Shown: positions 36,819-50,193 of the stretch, in pieces
Layout: each line of letters starts with the position of its first letter
Numbering within the stretch: position 1 is the stretch's first letter
Origin: Basidiobolus meristosporus CBS 931.73
Lineage: Eukaryota > Fungi > Basidiobolomycota
Assembly (NCBI GenBank): GCA_002104905.1
Contig: MCFE01000289.1
Span: forward strand, 38,849 to 102,848
Length of the DNA stretch: 64,000 nt
Direction of reading: 5' to 3'
Notes under the pieces: model-generated
Seen by the model: the letters and a program-made list of their open reading frames with translations, nothing else
Told to the model about the DNA's origin: nothing
Database searches by the model: none
Program-made: the position numbers and the translations under genes

Positions 36819-39607
36819 CTGTGTAAAGCTTTTGCTCCAACAAATACTGCCTATCCTAAGTGTCTCTGGCTTCCAATTGATTCCATATTCTGGCCAATGG
36901 CTAATAGCTTGCCAACTTTGCTGCAATTGCATGCTGACTTCTGTACCTTCTCTCTGTGGGAAGATGATGTTCTTAGTGTTGGTATTTGGGTTATAATAAT
37001 GTGGGTGAGTTATGGAGTAATTCACCTGGATCTTCCACATTTAACAGCAATAATATCCATTTTGCCCAGAAGAGCCAGCTATCTTACTGATGGCTGGGGT
37101 ATCTCCAATGTGGGTAATAATATGAGCTTTCACATGGCAGCCATTTACCGTTATCCCACTGAAAAGCATACAAAACTCATCCAGCAATCAAAACAGGTAG
37201 CTATCCAGGTTGGATGGTGATTTAGGGCCAGATACCAGTGTGAATTCCATCAGATTTTGGCTCTAATGCTGTAAGATAGGCAGCAGATTCAGGTTGATGA
37301 AAATCAGTGGCCATCAGGATTTGCTGGTAAAGTACTTATTTGATGAGAATCCATTGGGTGCTAAAGCAAAGGCATGGTCACAAATACCTTCAAAGTAGCC
37401 CTTGCTTCATAGTTGTTTGTAATGTTTGCCATCAGATATATTGGATATGTTTGAGCTTCATTAATACTGGGCGCAGTACTTTATAGCTTTGCAATATTGG
37501 TTGGACCGCATGAGCTTCTTTAAACAGGGTACTACCAGAGTATATCCAGAGTGTGAAAAATGTTTTCCCTCAATAGTAGTGGATTCCTGACAATTTGTAC
37601 ACATTGCAGTGGTGGCATTTTTGGATGTGAATGCCATGCAACTGTTAATACATGTTGGAATCAGGACAGTCTTGGGGTCATATATTGCCAGCCACATGAT
37701 GGCTGTTCACTTGTACCATGTGCATGGTAAGTTGCATCCTGGGATGATTTTGGCAAGAAGTGGTTGTAACTCCCTAAGGCCCCGTTATTGTATCATTGCA
37801 AACACATCACTTCTCTAGCCTCAACATTCATCATTCTCCAGTCAATGATTACTGGGCTCACTTGTCTCTATAAAGTATCCTTGGCATTTGTTTTAGTGGG
37901 TGCTGCCTCATTGCATATTGGGATTTTACTGGGCTCATGCAAGGTACTGTTGTTAGGGGATATAGGCTCACAATCCCTCAGTGAGCTTTCTTTGCCAGGG
38001 CTATCACTCTGCATGCCATATTCAGATGGCTAAGGTGTGCCTAAAGGCATCACAAACCCACCTGCCTCAGTTTGCGCAAGGTTACAAAGATAGCCAGGTG
38101 CCAATATAGAAGTATCAACTGGCCAGCCAGATAATGTTGGTACAGTAGTGACCAATAATGGTCAAATATAACATATATAGCAAAACACTTGCTGAGATCC
38201 TTGCAGTACTTCCTATGCTGTATGTGTGCTTCATGGCTCAGAGGCTTGCTATGATAGCCACATGGTATTTTCTCACTTCTCTTACAGTGTTGAATGAAAG
38301 TGGTCTTATCCATGGGGCAAACAACTTGACTTTTAACAATGTGGCACTATTATATTATTTTCTGGTCAATATTCATGTGAATTTAAGACAGTCTTGTATT
38401 AGAGACATTGCACCAACACAAATACAAGATTCAATGATGACCTGCCATAGTAAGCATTATACATAAAGCTGTGTCACCTTATACACATGTATGCAACACC
38501 ATTTTTCCTTGATTTACTTACTTCCATATATATGCCACCAAAAAATATAGTAAAGTTATCTGGCTCTTAACCAAACCCCACCGCTGACAGCAGCAAAAGA
38601 ATAGTAGAACAACAGCTTGTTTTGACATGCAGTGCAGCAAGTGGGTCTACATCCAAAAAAGGCCATGTTGACAGTGTGCCCACTAATGGTAACAATGCAA
38701 CTCCTCATCCTCTCAGTCAAGTGGGCAATTGAGATCCTATGCAGAGTTGCAAACTAACAATTATGCACAGGCAGATGAGAATATAGCAAATGTGGTACCT
38801 TCAGCTGAACACAAGCAAGTGGTCATCATAACATTATTTCACCCATATTAGCAAGTATTCTTGTCAGCTCATTCCAATGCAGTGATGAAGGCAATTAGGT
38901 GCAGTGGCTGAAAGGATAGATGCAATGGCCCAGAGGAATAAGGAAAACAGTCCAGAGACAAGATGAATGGATAATATGTGTGAAGTAATGAATATCCCAG
39001 GTAGACAAAGCAGGATCCTTACTGCAAAGAAGGAACCACAGTAGCTCAATGTCACAGCCAAGAGTTGAGCCATTTCCCAATGTCACAGCAGAGGAGCATT
39101 GTACAGTGCTTGAAGCAAAAAAATAGTGCCCAAAGATAAAGCCTACAGCAAAACCTATCACAACATTGGAGGGAGACAATGTGGTGCATATACTAAAGCC
39201 TAAAAATCAAAAGACATTGAAGATCTGTGAAGGACATTAAATCTGTGATGGCCTTTTGACAGGATCATCATAATAACTTCTTGTAGGGACCATTCACCAG
39301 TAGATGGATTACTGCGCTGATTTGGCTTGATAAAGTATACTTGGCTTTTTTTTTCCACCAGCATTGTTTTGTTTCCTATTGGGATTTTACTGGGCTTATG
39401 TAGGGTACTGTTGTTGGGAGAAATAGGCTCACTATCCATCAGTTAGCTTTCTTCTTCTAAGCTATCACTTGGTGTGCCATATTTAGAAGGCTGATGTGAG
39501 CTAAAAGGTACCACAAACTCACAGACACAGTTTTCATAGAATAAAAAGTAGAGCTAAGTGCCATTGCAGAAGTATCAAGCCACTGGCAAGATATTGTTTG
39601 TACAGTA

Positions 39608-40122
39608 CCTATGAGAAATGATTTGGCCTTACAGGTAGATTTATCCAGATCAACCATCAGAGCAAAACTTAGCTGTCATTTGGTAATTCCAATGATCTTA
39701 ATATACTTAACATTTATTTGGGTAGAACTAGCCAGCCAATGTATTCAATTACTTTATATAGCAAGATATTTGATGTTGTTTGACACCCTCATTGGCAACC
39801 TCTGCTGGCATTATATTGGTAGTATGGAAGTCAATAACTGGCTCTATATAATGCTACTGTACCAGCTTACCAAATTGTATTTTCTTTTCTACCTCCTCAT
39901 GTGCCATGCATGTATTCTAGTATAGAATTGCCCCTGTTTTTTAGCTGACCCACTACTACTGCAGGAACTCCACATAAAGCTTGAATCAAAAAAACTATGG
40001 CATCATGCTTACTAACCCCTATGTATATGCATACCTACTGCAGTTGACACACTGCTATCACCTCAGCTTTACAGCTTTTTAGTGTGATACTTGTAAAGTA
40101 GCCATATACCTTGTATTGCTGG
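39608..40122 (-). mobile_element. CACTA-like right-end fragment (copy G), cut by a family B LTR
   Basis: CCTATGAGAAATGATTTGGCC terminus followed by the reverse complement of the transposase 3' region. Confidence 0.6.
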
Positions 40123-40490
40123 TGCTACAAGTCTTGGTACAAGAGTTGTAGAGGAATAGGGAGTTTAGCTAGTATTGTATTCACTAAAACTTGAACTGAT
40201 TTTTATTGAGGTTCCAGCAGCTCCTTATATACATTTTGCCAGATCAATTGCTGACTAATTGTATTTCCTAATGTAGGTTGTGGCTGATGACTCATTTGAT
40301 TGCATCATCATCACCCAATAAGAACCTACTTAATATATCTATTTCTGTCTGATAAGGATCTGCTGATTCATTTGCTGACTAATGCTACTGATTTCATAGA
40401 TAATACTGATATACTGATAACCTAAATATATACTAATTGATTTGACTAAAAGCTGATCTAACTTAAACATTCAAGCAGCAGATCATAACA
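40123..40490 (-). mobile_element. Solo LTR, family B (368 bp), no TSD
   Basis: Reverse complement of the Ty3 LTRs at 50194 and 54764; flanks CTGG vs ATTT. Confidence 0.9.
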
Positions 40491-41700
40491 ATTTAACAAT
40501 CACATAAAGCCATTGGGTTTCAGCTAAAGTCTTAGAAAAGGGTGCTCTGTTGGAAATGCTTACAGAATGGTGGACTTAACAGAGTTACTTGTTAAGTGTG
40601 TGCTTGGGCACAATATTAGTGTTGGGTATTGGTATTTGTATAAGTCACTGCTATTGACATCTGAATTAGAACTAAAAAATTTTCAGATAAAAGCCACTTT
40701 ATATGCATAAATAAAAGCATTGGTTTAGTTAGGAGGTAAGTATTGTGTAAAGCAGCAATAGCCAGTCAATATGCACAATTGTAGTAGCTTTAGTGTCTGG
40801 GATTTTCATTAGGCAATAGTGTGGTGGCTTTTTGACCTAAGCCAAGTATTGAACAGCCTTCTTAGCCACATTGCTTCTTTTGTTTCCTTCCATGCTGCCA
40901 TATAGTTTGACTCTGTGATTGAAAACACAATTACTGGCTACTTTTCTGAGAATCCTTCTAACAAAGCAAGATATATCATTTGGTGCATCTGCTGTCCTTT
41001 AGATTTGTCCCCCACCTATGTCAGAGTAACCCTGAAAACTCTATTCTGTGGACTTATAAGTACACCAATTGCCATCATTAGCAGTTCCCTTAAGTACTTA
41101 AATCTGCTTAAGTTTTGCAATGGGATTGAATACATAGCTCTCATCATGCTGGCTGACAACTGCCATTGAGTATGAGATATCTGAATATTTTCTAAGCTGG
41201 ATATTGATTGAGCCAGTAATAGGTGTACTGAATCTCTTGAGCTCCAAATGAGGTACCATCACAAAATTCCAGGCTCTGGGTAATTGTTTAAGTCCATCAT
41301 GTGTATTTTTAGTCTTGCAGCTCAAGGAGAAGTTATCTTGGCCAGAAAATCCATCAAACTAGTGCAAGCACATGTCCTCATCACAATCCCTACTCAAAAG
41401 TGCAGCTCTCCCATCCATTTGATAAACAGTAATTTAGACTTGGCAGTAATAGCCAGTATTAATTAAAAGAATTGAACTGATCTACCAGTGTAACGGCTTC
41501 TGTGTAGTCCACTTATCTTGTTTGAGAGCATTTGTTGGCCACAAGCCCTGCTTTTCAGCTTTGAGCGGTACCCTCTGCCTAATTTTTTGTCTTTTATGTC
41601 CATTGAAATCTAGTTGAGTCTTGGCTGATAGTTGATTTGACAAAGCCCCATGTTTAGCTCAGCATTACTTAGGATACAAGCAAGCAAATTGATGTTAGGC
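40491..41700 (-). pseudogene. Ty1/copia RT-RNase H relic
   Basis: Degenerate GLKQLPRAWN (YGLKQAPRAW) and ITESNYMAAW..KEAMWLR motifs on the minus strand. Confidence 0.7.
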
Positions 41701-41739
41701 CAGCATTGGTGTGCTAAAAGAGTAACCCAAGAATAGAAG

Positions 41740-43650
41740 AAACTATTGGAGGGAGAACTACAAGTGTATTACAGCCACAAACTAGCAGCTTCTCAAGAGC
41801 CTGTTGTAAGGAAGGGCTAAAGGCTCTAAACAAGTGGCATAAAAACATATGGTAGTCAGAAGAGTGCTGTTAAGGGACAACCTGGCAGAAACAAAAGCAC
41901 CAATACAACAATTATGCAGTAAGAGTGGAGATCCATGCAAGAAGCACTCAGTCAAAGTAGCAATGATAGACCTGTAATTGATGAAAACCAGTTGCTTCCT
42001 TAGGTGCCTGTCACACGCAGGGCTGGAAGCACAAGAAAGGCAGCATAGATACATCAAGATGCCAGAAGTGTGCCAGTAAGGACTATGCAGGCACAAACAG
42101 ATGTGCCAGTGCAGCATTTATCAATGAGAAAATATAGTTAAATACAAACAACACTCAGTCAGAATAGTAGTAAAAGACCTGGCAGTGATAAAGAGAAGGC
42201 AGCATCAATTTTTTTTATCCAGGTCAGTGACCCAGAAGTGTGAGACAAAAGCTGGGATTTTCACCAACTGATGTCATAAACATACAACAGTCTGAATCCT
42301 GAAATAGCCAAGAAGAGTACCAACAGTACTACAGCTGTTGTCTCAAGAATTGGAGGTGCAATAAGTTGTGCCACATTCCAGTGAGGCAGATGAGCTTGCA
42401 GCAAAACTCAATATTCCCACCACACTGTCCATATCCTCCAATATTGACAGAGTGGATATCCCACTGACAGTCAAAGCAGTTACATCAAGAACCCAGGAGA
42501 CTATAATGATGCCAACAATGAGATTTAAGAACAATACAGGCACACTAGGAGGTTGCAGCACTACTTCAAGAGCAGTACTGAAGAAAAAACATTTAAATGT
42601 AGCAAGTATTTATCAGACTTGCTCCGTTGGATAGTGCCACATTGAGCCATGAGTGTCAAATGAAGCCAGAGTGTGCTAGGGAGGCCAAGTGAGCCTATAC
42701 TTGGCCTCAGAGTGTGAAACATAGCTCTACATCTTCATGCAAACCAGCCCTTGTGTTTCATCGATTGTAGTGGAGAACATTCATTTTTTGACCATTTTTT
42801 TGGATCAATGTTGTGCATGATGTGTAAGAGCAATGAAGGATTGAAGACATGCACCTAGTACTCAGTACCTGTGTTGCTCTGAATCTAGCTCCTATAGCTT
42901 GTATTGTGTCACAAAAGTTAATGCACTATCTTGGTCCCCAGGTATTATCTGGCACTATACATGCTTTGTATAGGTCTTACTTTAGGGCTAATATCTCAAT
43001 ATAGTGCCTGAGAGTACCAGTGGACCAAGATAGTGCCATTCATTTTTGTGACATGATACAAGCTACAGGAGTTAGATTCAGAGTGCCATGGGTATTGAGT
43101 ACCAGTTGCATGTCTTCAGTCCTTCTGTGGTCCCACACATCCTGCACAACATTGATCCAAAAAAAAAGGTCAAAAAACGGATTTTCTCCAGTACAATGGG
43201 TGAGACAAAGGGGCTGCTTTGCGTGAAGATGCAGAGCTATGATTCACACTCTGTGGCCAAGTCTAGGTGTACTATGCCTCTCTGGCATTTAATGGCACTA
43301 TTTGGCACTCATGGCTCAATGTGGTATTATCCAACTGAACAGGTCTATTATAATCACTGGTAGGGAAGGTGTTGAACCTTGCAGTACTGGCTGATGACCA
43401 GGATGTCTGGGAACCAGTCAGTAAATGAAGGTATAAAGTAGTGGGGTTCCTCCCAAAGTCATTGAGAAAGGGCATTTAGGAGAAAATACGTATTGGATGG
43501 TGGATTTTGATGTAGTTACTTCTTGAGTATGAGGTTAGGCTTAATATTAGTGTATGGTATTGGGACTTGTTATTATGACCACATGATATTCCTGGTCTTG
43601 ACTGATAAAGCTTGATCAAGATGGTGAAGAAATTCCTGAGAATGCTACTC
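41740..43650 (+). pseudogene. Diverged accessory-gene copy interrupted by the second foldback
   Basis: SEADELAAKLNIPTTLSISSNIDRVDIPLTVKA...MPTMRF resembles the accessory ORF; the sequence resumes after 43346. Confidence 0.6.
42615..43346. mobile_element. Foldback/MITE-like element, second copy (inverted relative to the first)
   Basis: AGACTTGCTCCGTTGGATAGTGCC...TTATCCAACTGAACAGGTCT; flanks ATC/ATT. Confidence 0.88.
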
Positions 43651-43879
43651 CATACTGGTAACTTCATGAAGGCTCCAAGTAAACACTACACTATGAAACA
43701 TCCAATGGAAGCCTCCCAATGAGTCATTTGTAGCTATGTATCATATATGGTAATCAAATTTAACATGACAAAGTCTCATGCTCACCTGACCACTTACAAA
43801 TACGGGAAGAGAACCAACCAAGAGCTGCTTTTGCATTGATGTGGTGAAAGTTTTGGCCAAGTATTTTGTAAAATCTGGG

Positions 43880-44700
43880 AGGCAATTTTTTCAACAGTTT
43901 TCCAGAGTGTCCTCATGGTATCAATAACTATTAGTCATGGGTCTGAAGATTGTGATGGCCTCTAGACAGGCTCATCCTAATAACTTTGCATATAGGTCCA
44001 GTGCACTACTTGATAACTTCATAGTGTTAGACTGCAAATGCTTCTTTACACTGTGCATTACTGGAATTTGTTAGGTGCATGAAAGAGGGCTTCTCCTATG
44101 ATAGTGGATTTGTGACAAGTTGGGCACCTTGCAATGGTAGCCGCTTCTAAAGTGAATGCCATGCAACTCTTGACCTATGATGGTTTCATGATGGTCTCTG
44201 GTTCAGGTATTGGCAGCTGCATGACAGCTGCCATGTATACCCCATATATAGTAGTTGCATCCAAGACATATCTTGGCAAGATGTAACAATAACCCTCACA
44301 GCCCATAATACTGTTATTGTTGGAAACATCCCACTTTTCAAGCCACACATTGCATCATTTTCCTGTAAATAGATGACTGAGCTCATATGACTCCATAGTA
44401 CATCCTCAGCATTTCTCCTACAGCTTCTGTCTTAATGCATATCAGGGTTTGGCTGTACTCCTGCACAGTACTGTTATATAGAGAGATAGGCTCACAAAGC
44501 CTTCTTCTTCACAGCTTTCACTTGTTGGGTCACATTCAGCAGGCTGAAGTGAGCCAAAAGATACAACACACTTACTCAACGTAGCCTGTGCAAGGTGATA
44601 TATGTGTGGCTAGGTGTTACTTTAAAAGTATCAAAAAGCCACACAACACTGAGAAGCAAACCACCCAAGAACATGTTGCAATTTAAGAAGTAATTTGGAT
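43880..44700 (-). pseudogene. Diverged CACTA transposase N-terminal fragment
   Basis: LPIPEPETI..KSCMAFTLEAATIARCPTCHKST parallels YDPETVLI.ACVNSCMAFTSKNA..CP.CQEST. Confidence 0.55.
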
Positions 44701-45355
44701 ATAAGGAATTTATCAAGAAATAGTGGTAATAGTTGAGTTGTTATTTATTCATAAGGAAGCTAGTATTTGTAACTTGGTAGAATACAACTGTAATACTAAG
44801 TAATGAGAGCTTCTTAATACTAGGAAAATGCTGTGACAGTTTCAGGGTGAGTACATAATATTCGGTAAAAGTGCTAATTTGATCTTGACTATATCAGAAT
44901 GCTCATAGGTTCATAGATCTGGAGACAGTGGCAAAGTTAGTGCTGTTGGTTAGTCCTATAGTCACCATGACTAGTCTAGAATTGTTAAGTAGATTTTTAG
45001 CTGCTGAATGCTACCTAATAGTCCAATATTTCAACAGAACACTATTTCATGCAGACCACTAATTGTTCTACACATTATTCAAAATACAGCACACTTGAAG
45101 CAGTACTTCACAAGTTACATTCAAAAGAGTACAATAATTGTAAGCACTGAGCCATTATTGTTATAGTTACTGTGGTGACTTTGATGGTGTGCAACTTTTG
45201 AACCAGCCAATTATATCACATAGCATTTCATAGGTGCTGCCTCTAAATCTGATCTGCATCACTGCTAAGTTTGGATTTATATCATGTGTAATGCTTGTGT
45301 AATTGCACAAAAACTTTGATCCTTCAAGATAATCTATATATGGCTAACCTTAAGT

Positions 45356-45723
45356 TGTTACAAGTCTTGGTATAAGAGTTGTAGAGGAATAGGGAGTTTA
45401 GCTAGTATTAAATTCACTAAAACTTGAACTGATTTTTATTGAGGTTCCAGCAGCTCCTTATATACATTTTGCTAGATCAATTGCTGACTAATTGTATTTC
45501 CTAATGTAGGTTGTGGCTGTTGACTCATTTGATTGCATCATCATCACCCAATAAGATCCTACTTAATATATCTATTTCTGTCTGATAAGGATCTGCTGAC
45601 TCATTTGCTGTCTAATGCTACTGATTTCATAGATAATACTGATATACTGATAACATAAACATATACTAATTAATTTAGCTAAAAACTGATCTAACTTGAA
45701 CATTCAAGTGGCAGATTATAACA
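45356..45723 (-). mobile_element. Solo LTR, family B (368 bp)
   Basis: Reverse complement of the Ty3 LTR; flanks AAGT/CAGT (one mismatch). Confidence 0.9.
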
Positions 45724-46152
45724 CAGTAATATATAAAAGATATTAGGAAACATATTCTGAGCAAGGAAAGTGACTTCCAAATTAGGAGATTTACTATCAA
45801 AGTAGATCAACCTAATAGTTTACCAAAGGTCAGAGCTGTGCTGTAGTAATGGGAAACACTACCTATAGTATATATTGTGCCTTAGAATGAAGACATTGGT
45901 GAAGGTTACAAACATAGAAGGTGATTAAATGTCTGGGATCACAAAGTGAGAGAACTGGCAGAGGACTAATCAAAAGCCACTTATGTATCATTGTGACGAA
46001 AAATCTTAACCAAGTCTTTAGCGAAATCTGGGGTGCAATTATTTTTTGACAGTCTTTGCATGGTGTCCTGATGGGATTAATACCTCTTAATCACAGGACT
46101 TTAATTTTGTGACAGCCTTCTAACATGATTATCATAATTACTCCTCCAAGGG
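45724..46152 (-). mobile_element. CACTA-like left-end fragment, reverse orientation
   Basis: Reverse complement of the left arm (TCTGGGGTGCAATTATTTT..., GATGGGAT); terminus ...CCAAGGG at 46152. Confidence 0.6.
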
Positions 46153-48142
46153 TAACCCAGCTAAGATTTGTCTCCATTTGGGTAGCAGCAGGTATAGTGT
46201 TTTCTGTTTGGTATCTCTCATGTACATTTGGTACCAACTTGGACTGGCTTAGGTGATAGTCTGGGTACTTCTCTCCTTGGAGAGCTCTATGCCATAGTAG
46301 TAACTGAGCTGTACTATATCAAGCAAGTATTATGAGGGAAGGTTAGAAAGAACTTGAAAAGAACTTGAAAAGAGTGTTGTAGTACAAGAGATTGTTAAAT
46401 AGCAACATTTGAAGTCAGTGTTGCTGTCTGAGAATTAGCTTCTTGTGGATAGCTTGCTGTGGTGGAAGCAGTGCTAAAGCCCCTTTCTCTATTATATTCA
46501 GTGAGATGAAGTGCACTTTTACTTGCAAGGTCAGCATTGATACTGGCCAGCAGAAAAAAGCAAGTGAAATATTGGTTGGAGTAATATGACTTCTATAGCC
46601 ACTAGTATATATACTGGCTGGGGTTGCCAATAGCAGTGCTGGCCATTGTGGCAAAAGCTCTGCTTTTTTCTCTGGGGTGTGTCAAGACAGCATGCCAACT
46701 TGAAGTATGCACCCCTGGGAATGGGGCAAATGCATTTCCCCAACACTGAGAATGTTGATATTATGGCCTTAAACAGCCTGTCTAAAAACATGGACCATGG
46801 AGCCTAACAAATATACAAGTATTTGGATGGTAAACACATATAGGCAATGAAAGAGAATGTAGGTGGAATAGTAGTTACAGGGGTATCATGGACCAATCTT
46901 GAATTATGATGGATATGAGTAAGTGTTTATCTGTTGGGATCTAAGCCATGGCCAACTATCCCTTAACATGGTGAAGCCAGAGGAGACTCTGGTAGAGATT
47001 TGTAGCACTTCTGACATGCAGGTTGATTGTTGAATTTATGTATGGGGATAAAAGACAAATCAAACCATCTGGCAGCTGGTTTCTGCAAAGCTTCCCATTG
47101 AATAGCAGAAACAAATTTAGCAACCATATGAGGTAAATCATATTAGTAGAGAACCCAGGGATATAATATTTAATTTATTCACAAACTTTGAATATATATG
47201 CAATGCATGTAACTTAAGTGGATGTGGACTATTTAATGAGAGTTTCTAGTGGCCATTTCTGACAAGAGGTACTGGCAATGCTGGATGAGCTAAGCATGAG
47301 GTTCAGGTGCCAGAACACATGCTCATTTTAGACCATAAAAGGTGTTTGTTCATTGAGACTGCATGACAGTGACCATGGAAGTTTGAATTTGCTATGCAGT
47401 GGGCATTGGCTTAGATGCCAAATGAGGTAGCTCTGAAAATAGATAGGGCTCAAGTATTTTATCTATGCTTCACCATCAAGGTAAAGCCCAGCCTTGACAT
47501 GTAGTCAGGCATGGAGATTGTGAAAAAGCTTTGGGAGTGATCCCAAATCTAATGGCCTCTTGTGCAGATCTTGATGCTTGTGGCAAGTTTTTCATTGGGC
47601 AACTGAAATATTGAAGTAGATAAAGATTCTGTGTGAGCAGCAGTTGGATATGGGTTAGCAGATCTCTGAGAGATAGGGAAGCACTATTTTAGAGTGTGCA
47701 GCTCAATACACTACTTACTGTAAGTGAACCAGGTTAATAAATTTGAACAAGTAAGTGGACTATGTATTATGGCAATGTAAATGAACTCCAAGATGCCTGC
47801 TCATGCCCTGGAAAGAGTTTTCTTTTTGCTTAACAGCTTATGGCCCTGATATTGAATGTTTATTGCTGGGGTTTGACAGTTGGTGTAGCATTACAACTCT
47901 GTAGTTACTTGTGTGTGCGTGTTGGCCATTGACAACTGAAGGGAAAGAATCACTTTCATGCCTGGTGGGCATAATTGCATTAAGTCTCCAAGGCAAACAA
48001 CCTCCAGTTGATAGAACAATGTGGATAAGGGAAGCAAGCAAATTGATCTTTAACATTGGGAAAGAACAATCTTAGGTTTCACACAAAATGCAATCAGATG
48101 ACTATGACAATCCAACAGATCAATAGCTCTTAGGCAAGGTTA

Positions 48143-50193
48143 TTGCTATCTGTAATCACTGAGGACTATTATACAACAATGAAAAATCAAAATTACAACT
48201 TAGTAAATATATTAATCAACCAAATGGCAGTTGAATACAGATGGGTATTGCAGAAAAAATATATGGCTAATGATACAACTGAACAATACAGGGCAGCACT
48301 TGTGGCTAAAGGATACTCTCAAACAGAAGGACTGGACCACACTGTAACCTTCACATCAGCATCCAAGTTTAATTCTATGAGACTAATATTTGTTGTAAAA
48401 TTTGTAATTCTACCTATATAATCACCTAGCTGAGTCACTAAGAGCAATTCTTACAAATCTCAGAGAATACTGAACAAATGCCTTCTTGGGACTTGATCAA
48501 AATATCTCACCAAAACATCAGATATCAAGAATATCAAAATTTTCAAAGTTGTCTAATAGCCCCAAGCTTTGCACACATACTCTTGTAACCTTCATTAACC
48601 TTTTCTGCATGTTTGTTATGCCAAGATCATATAAAAGCTTAATTATTGCATGTTCATTCAATAAATCATTAAGTGAAGGCCATGTAATCTAATTGTTCTC
48701 CCAGTCACTTACAATGGCTTCAAGAATCTGACAAGAGCTCATGAGCCCCAAGCTGTCACTCTCTACAATGTGTAATACTGCTATAACTAAAACTCATCCC
48801 ACCATTGAAAAGCTGGATGGATCTAACCACCAGGTGTGGATGGTCAAGGTGAAGATGCTACTACAAGAAAGAGGCCTTTGGGATATTGTCATGGGAGAAG
48901 AATGCCCTCCTAAGATTATGGAGAGGAAGCCTCAAAGTGCTGGAAGAAGGTACAAAGTTCTTTTGACTGGATTTGCCTTAATATATAGTACAGCACTAGA
49001 GCTCAAAACTGATGATTCAACCTTAGATCTCAAATAAGGAAGGCTCCAGGATGAAGAATAAAGAAAATCAAGTGCCATTAAGAAGGAAGAAGAAAATGTA
49101 TTAATAAGCAATGATAACCCACAAAGAATGTACCCAAAACCCTTTAGTGGCAACAGCAACCTGTTCTGTACCTACTGCAAAGGAAAGGACATGCATCCAA
49201 TCAGTGCAACAAAAGTAAGATAATTAGTCAACCAAGTCTGAATATGGAAATGCAGCCACAAGTGAAGATTCACCATTCATATCTACACTGATTATGACCT
49301 CAAACAAGGACTTCCAGACATGGTATACTGACTCTGGAGCATTGCAACACTTTACACACCAAAAATAACTTTTGCCCATTATCAAGAAATTCCATTTAAG
49401 AAGGTTTTCATGGATAACAATAGAACACTTGATGCAGTTGGAAAAGGAACTCTCCAAGTGCGCCTTAGAAGCAGTGAGAGAAGTCACACATTTTCCTGCA
49501 GAGAAGTACTCTATTTACCCACTATAGTCAAGAACCTACTTGCTGTCAGCAATGCCAGAGCAGAAGGACTAGCTCACCCAGATCTGTGTGGACCTACTCA
49601 AAATATATCTTCAGGTAGGATAAAGGATTTCATCACTTTTATTGATGAATATGCAGCTTATATGTGGGTTTACTTCATGGAATGGGAGGAATAATCACCA
49701 AGCAAGCTCAGGGAGCTTAGAGCCATGGTGCAGAGAGAAACTGTTGAAACAATCAAAAAAATACTCTCTGGCAATTATGGTGAATATACATCAGAACTCT
49801 CCATCCACACCTGCAAAATGGATGGGATCAAGCAAAAGACTACAATAGCATACTCCCAACAACATAATGGAGTGGCAGAATGTGTAAACTAATGTACAAT
49901 TGATATAGCAAGATCTATGCTCCCTGATCTATATTTATCCTATTATTATTGGGCAGAATCAGTTGCCACAGCTGTATGCCTTTGAAATTGGAGCTATAGC
50001 AGGATACCTTGTAGTTCTACTCCGTATGAAGAATGGCATGTATATAGGCCAAGTGCTAAACATCTAAGAATATCTGGGTGTAGAGCAAATGCCAAGAAAC
50101 TGCCTGGGAATCAGTTAAAATTGAGCTAAAAGGTGTAAAATGCACACTTTTGGATTACTGCAATGAGAGTAAAGCATACAGACACTACAGTAC
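48143..50193 (+). pseudogene. Ty1/copia relic unit 1 (RT tail, LTR-like spacer, gag, protease, integrase), split by the Ty3 element
   Basis: RWVLQKK..YRAALVAKGYSQTEGLD; EKLDGSNHQVWMVKVKMLLQERGLWDIV; WYTDSGA; DLCGP..FITFIDEY; SKAYRHYS continues after 55135 as TKAKKLIKSKDV. Confidence 0.8.

Larger units (their letters stand above)
29024..39288 (-). mobile_element. CACTA-like element copy C (reverse orientation, internally deleted), interrupted by copy D
   Basis: Right-end TIR at 29024, left-end TIR ending 39288; transposase reads across the D insertion (30225 to 36819); host transposase fragment resumes after 39288 (flanks ATC/ACC). Confidence 0.75.

Noticed and set aside
46400-48060. KDZ, Helitron, LINE or tyrosine-recombinase assignment for the unexplained segment
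   Set aside because: Only vague partial motif resemblance, with no diagnostic catalytic motif readable
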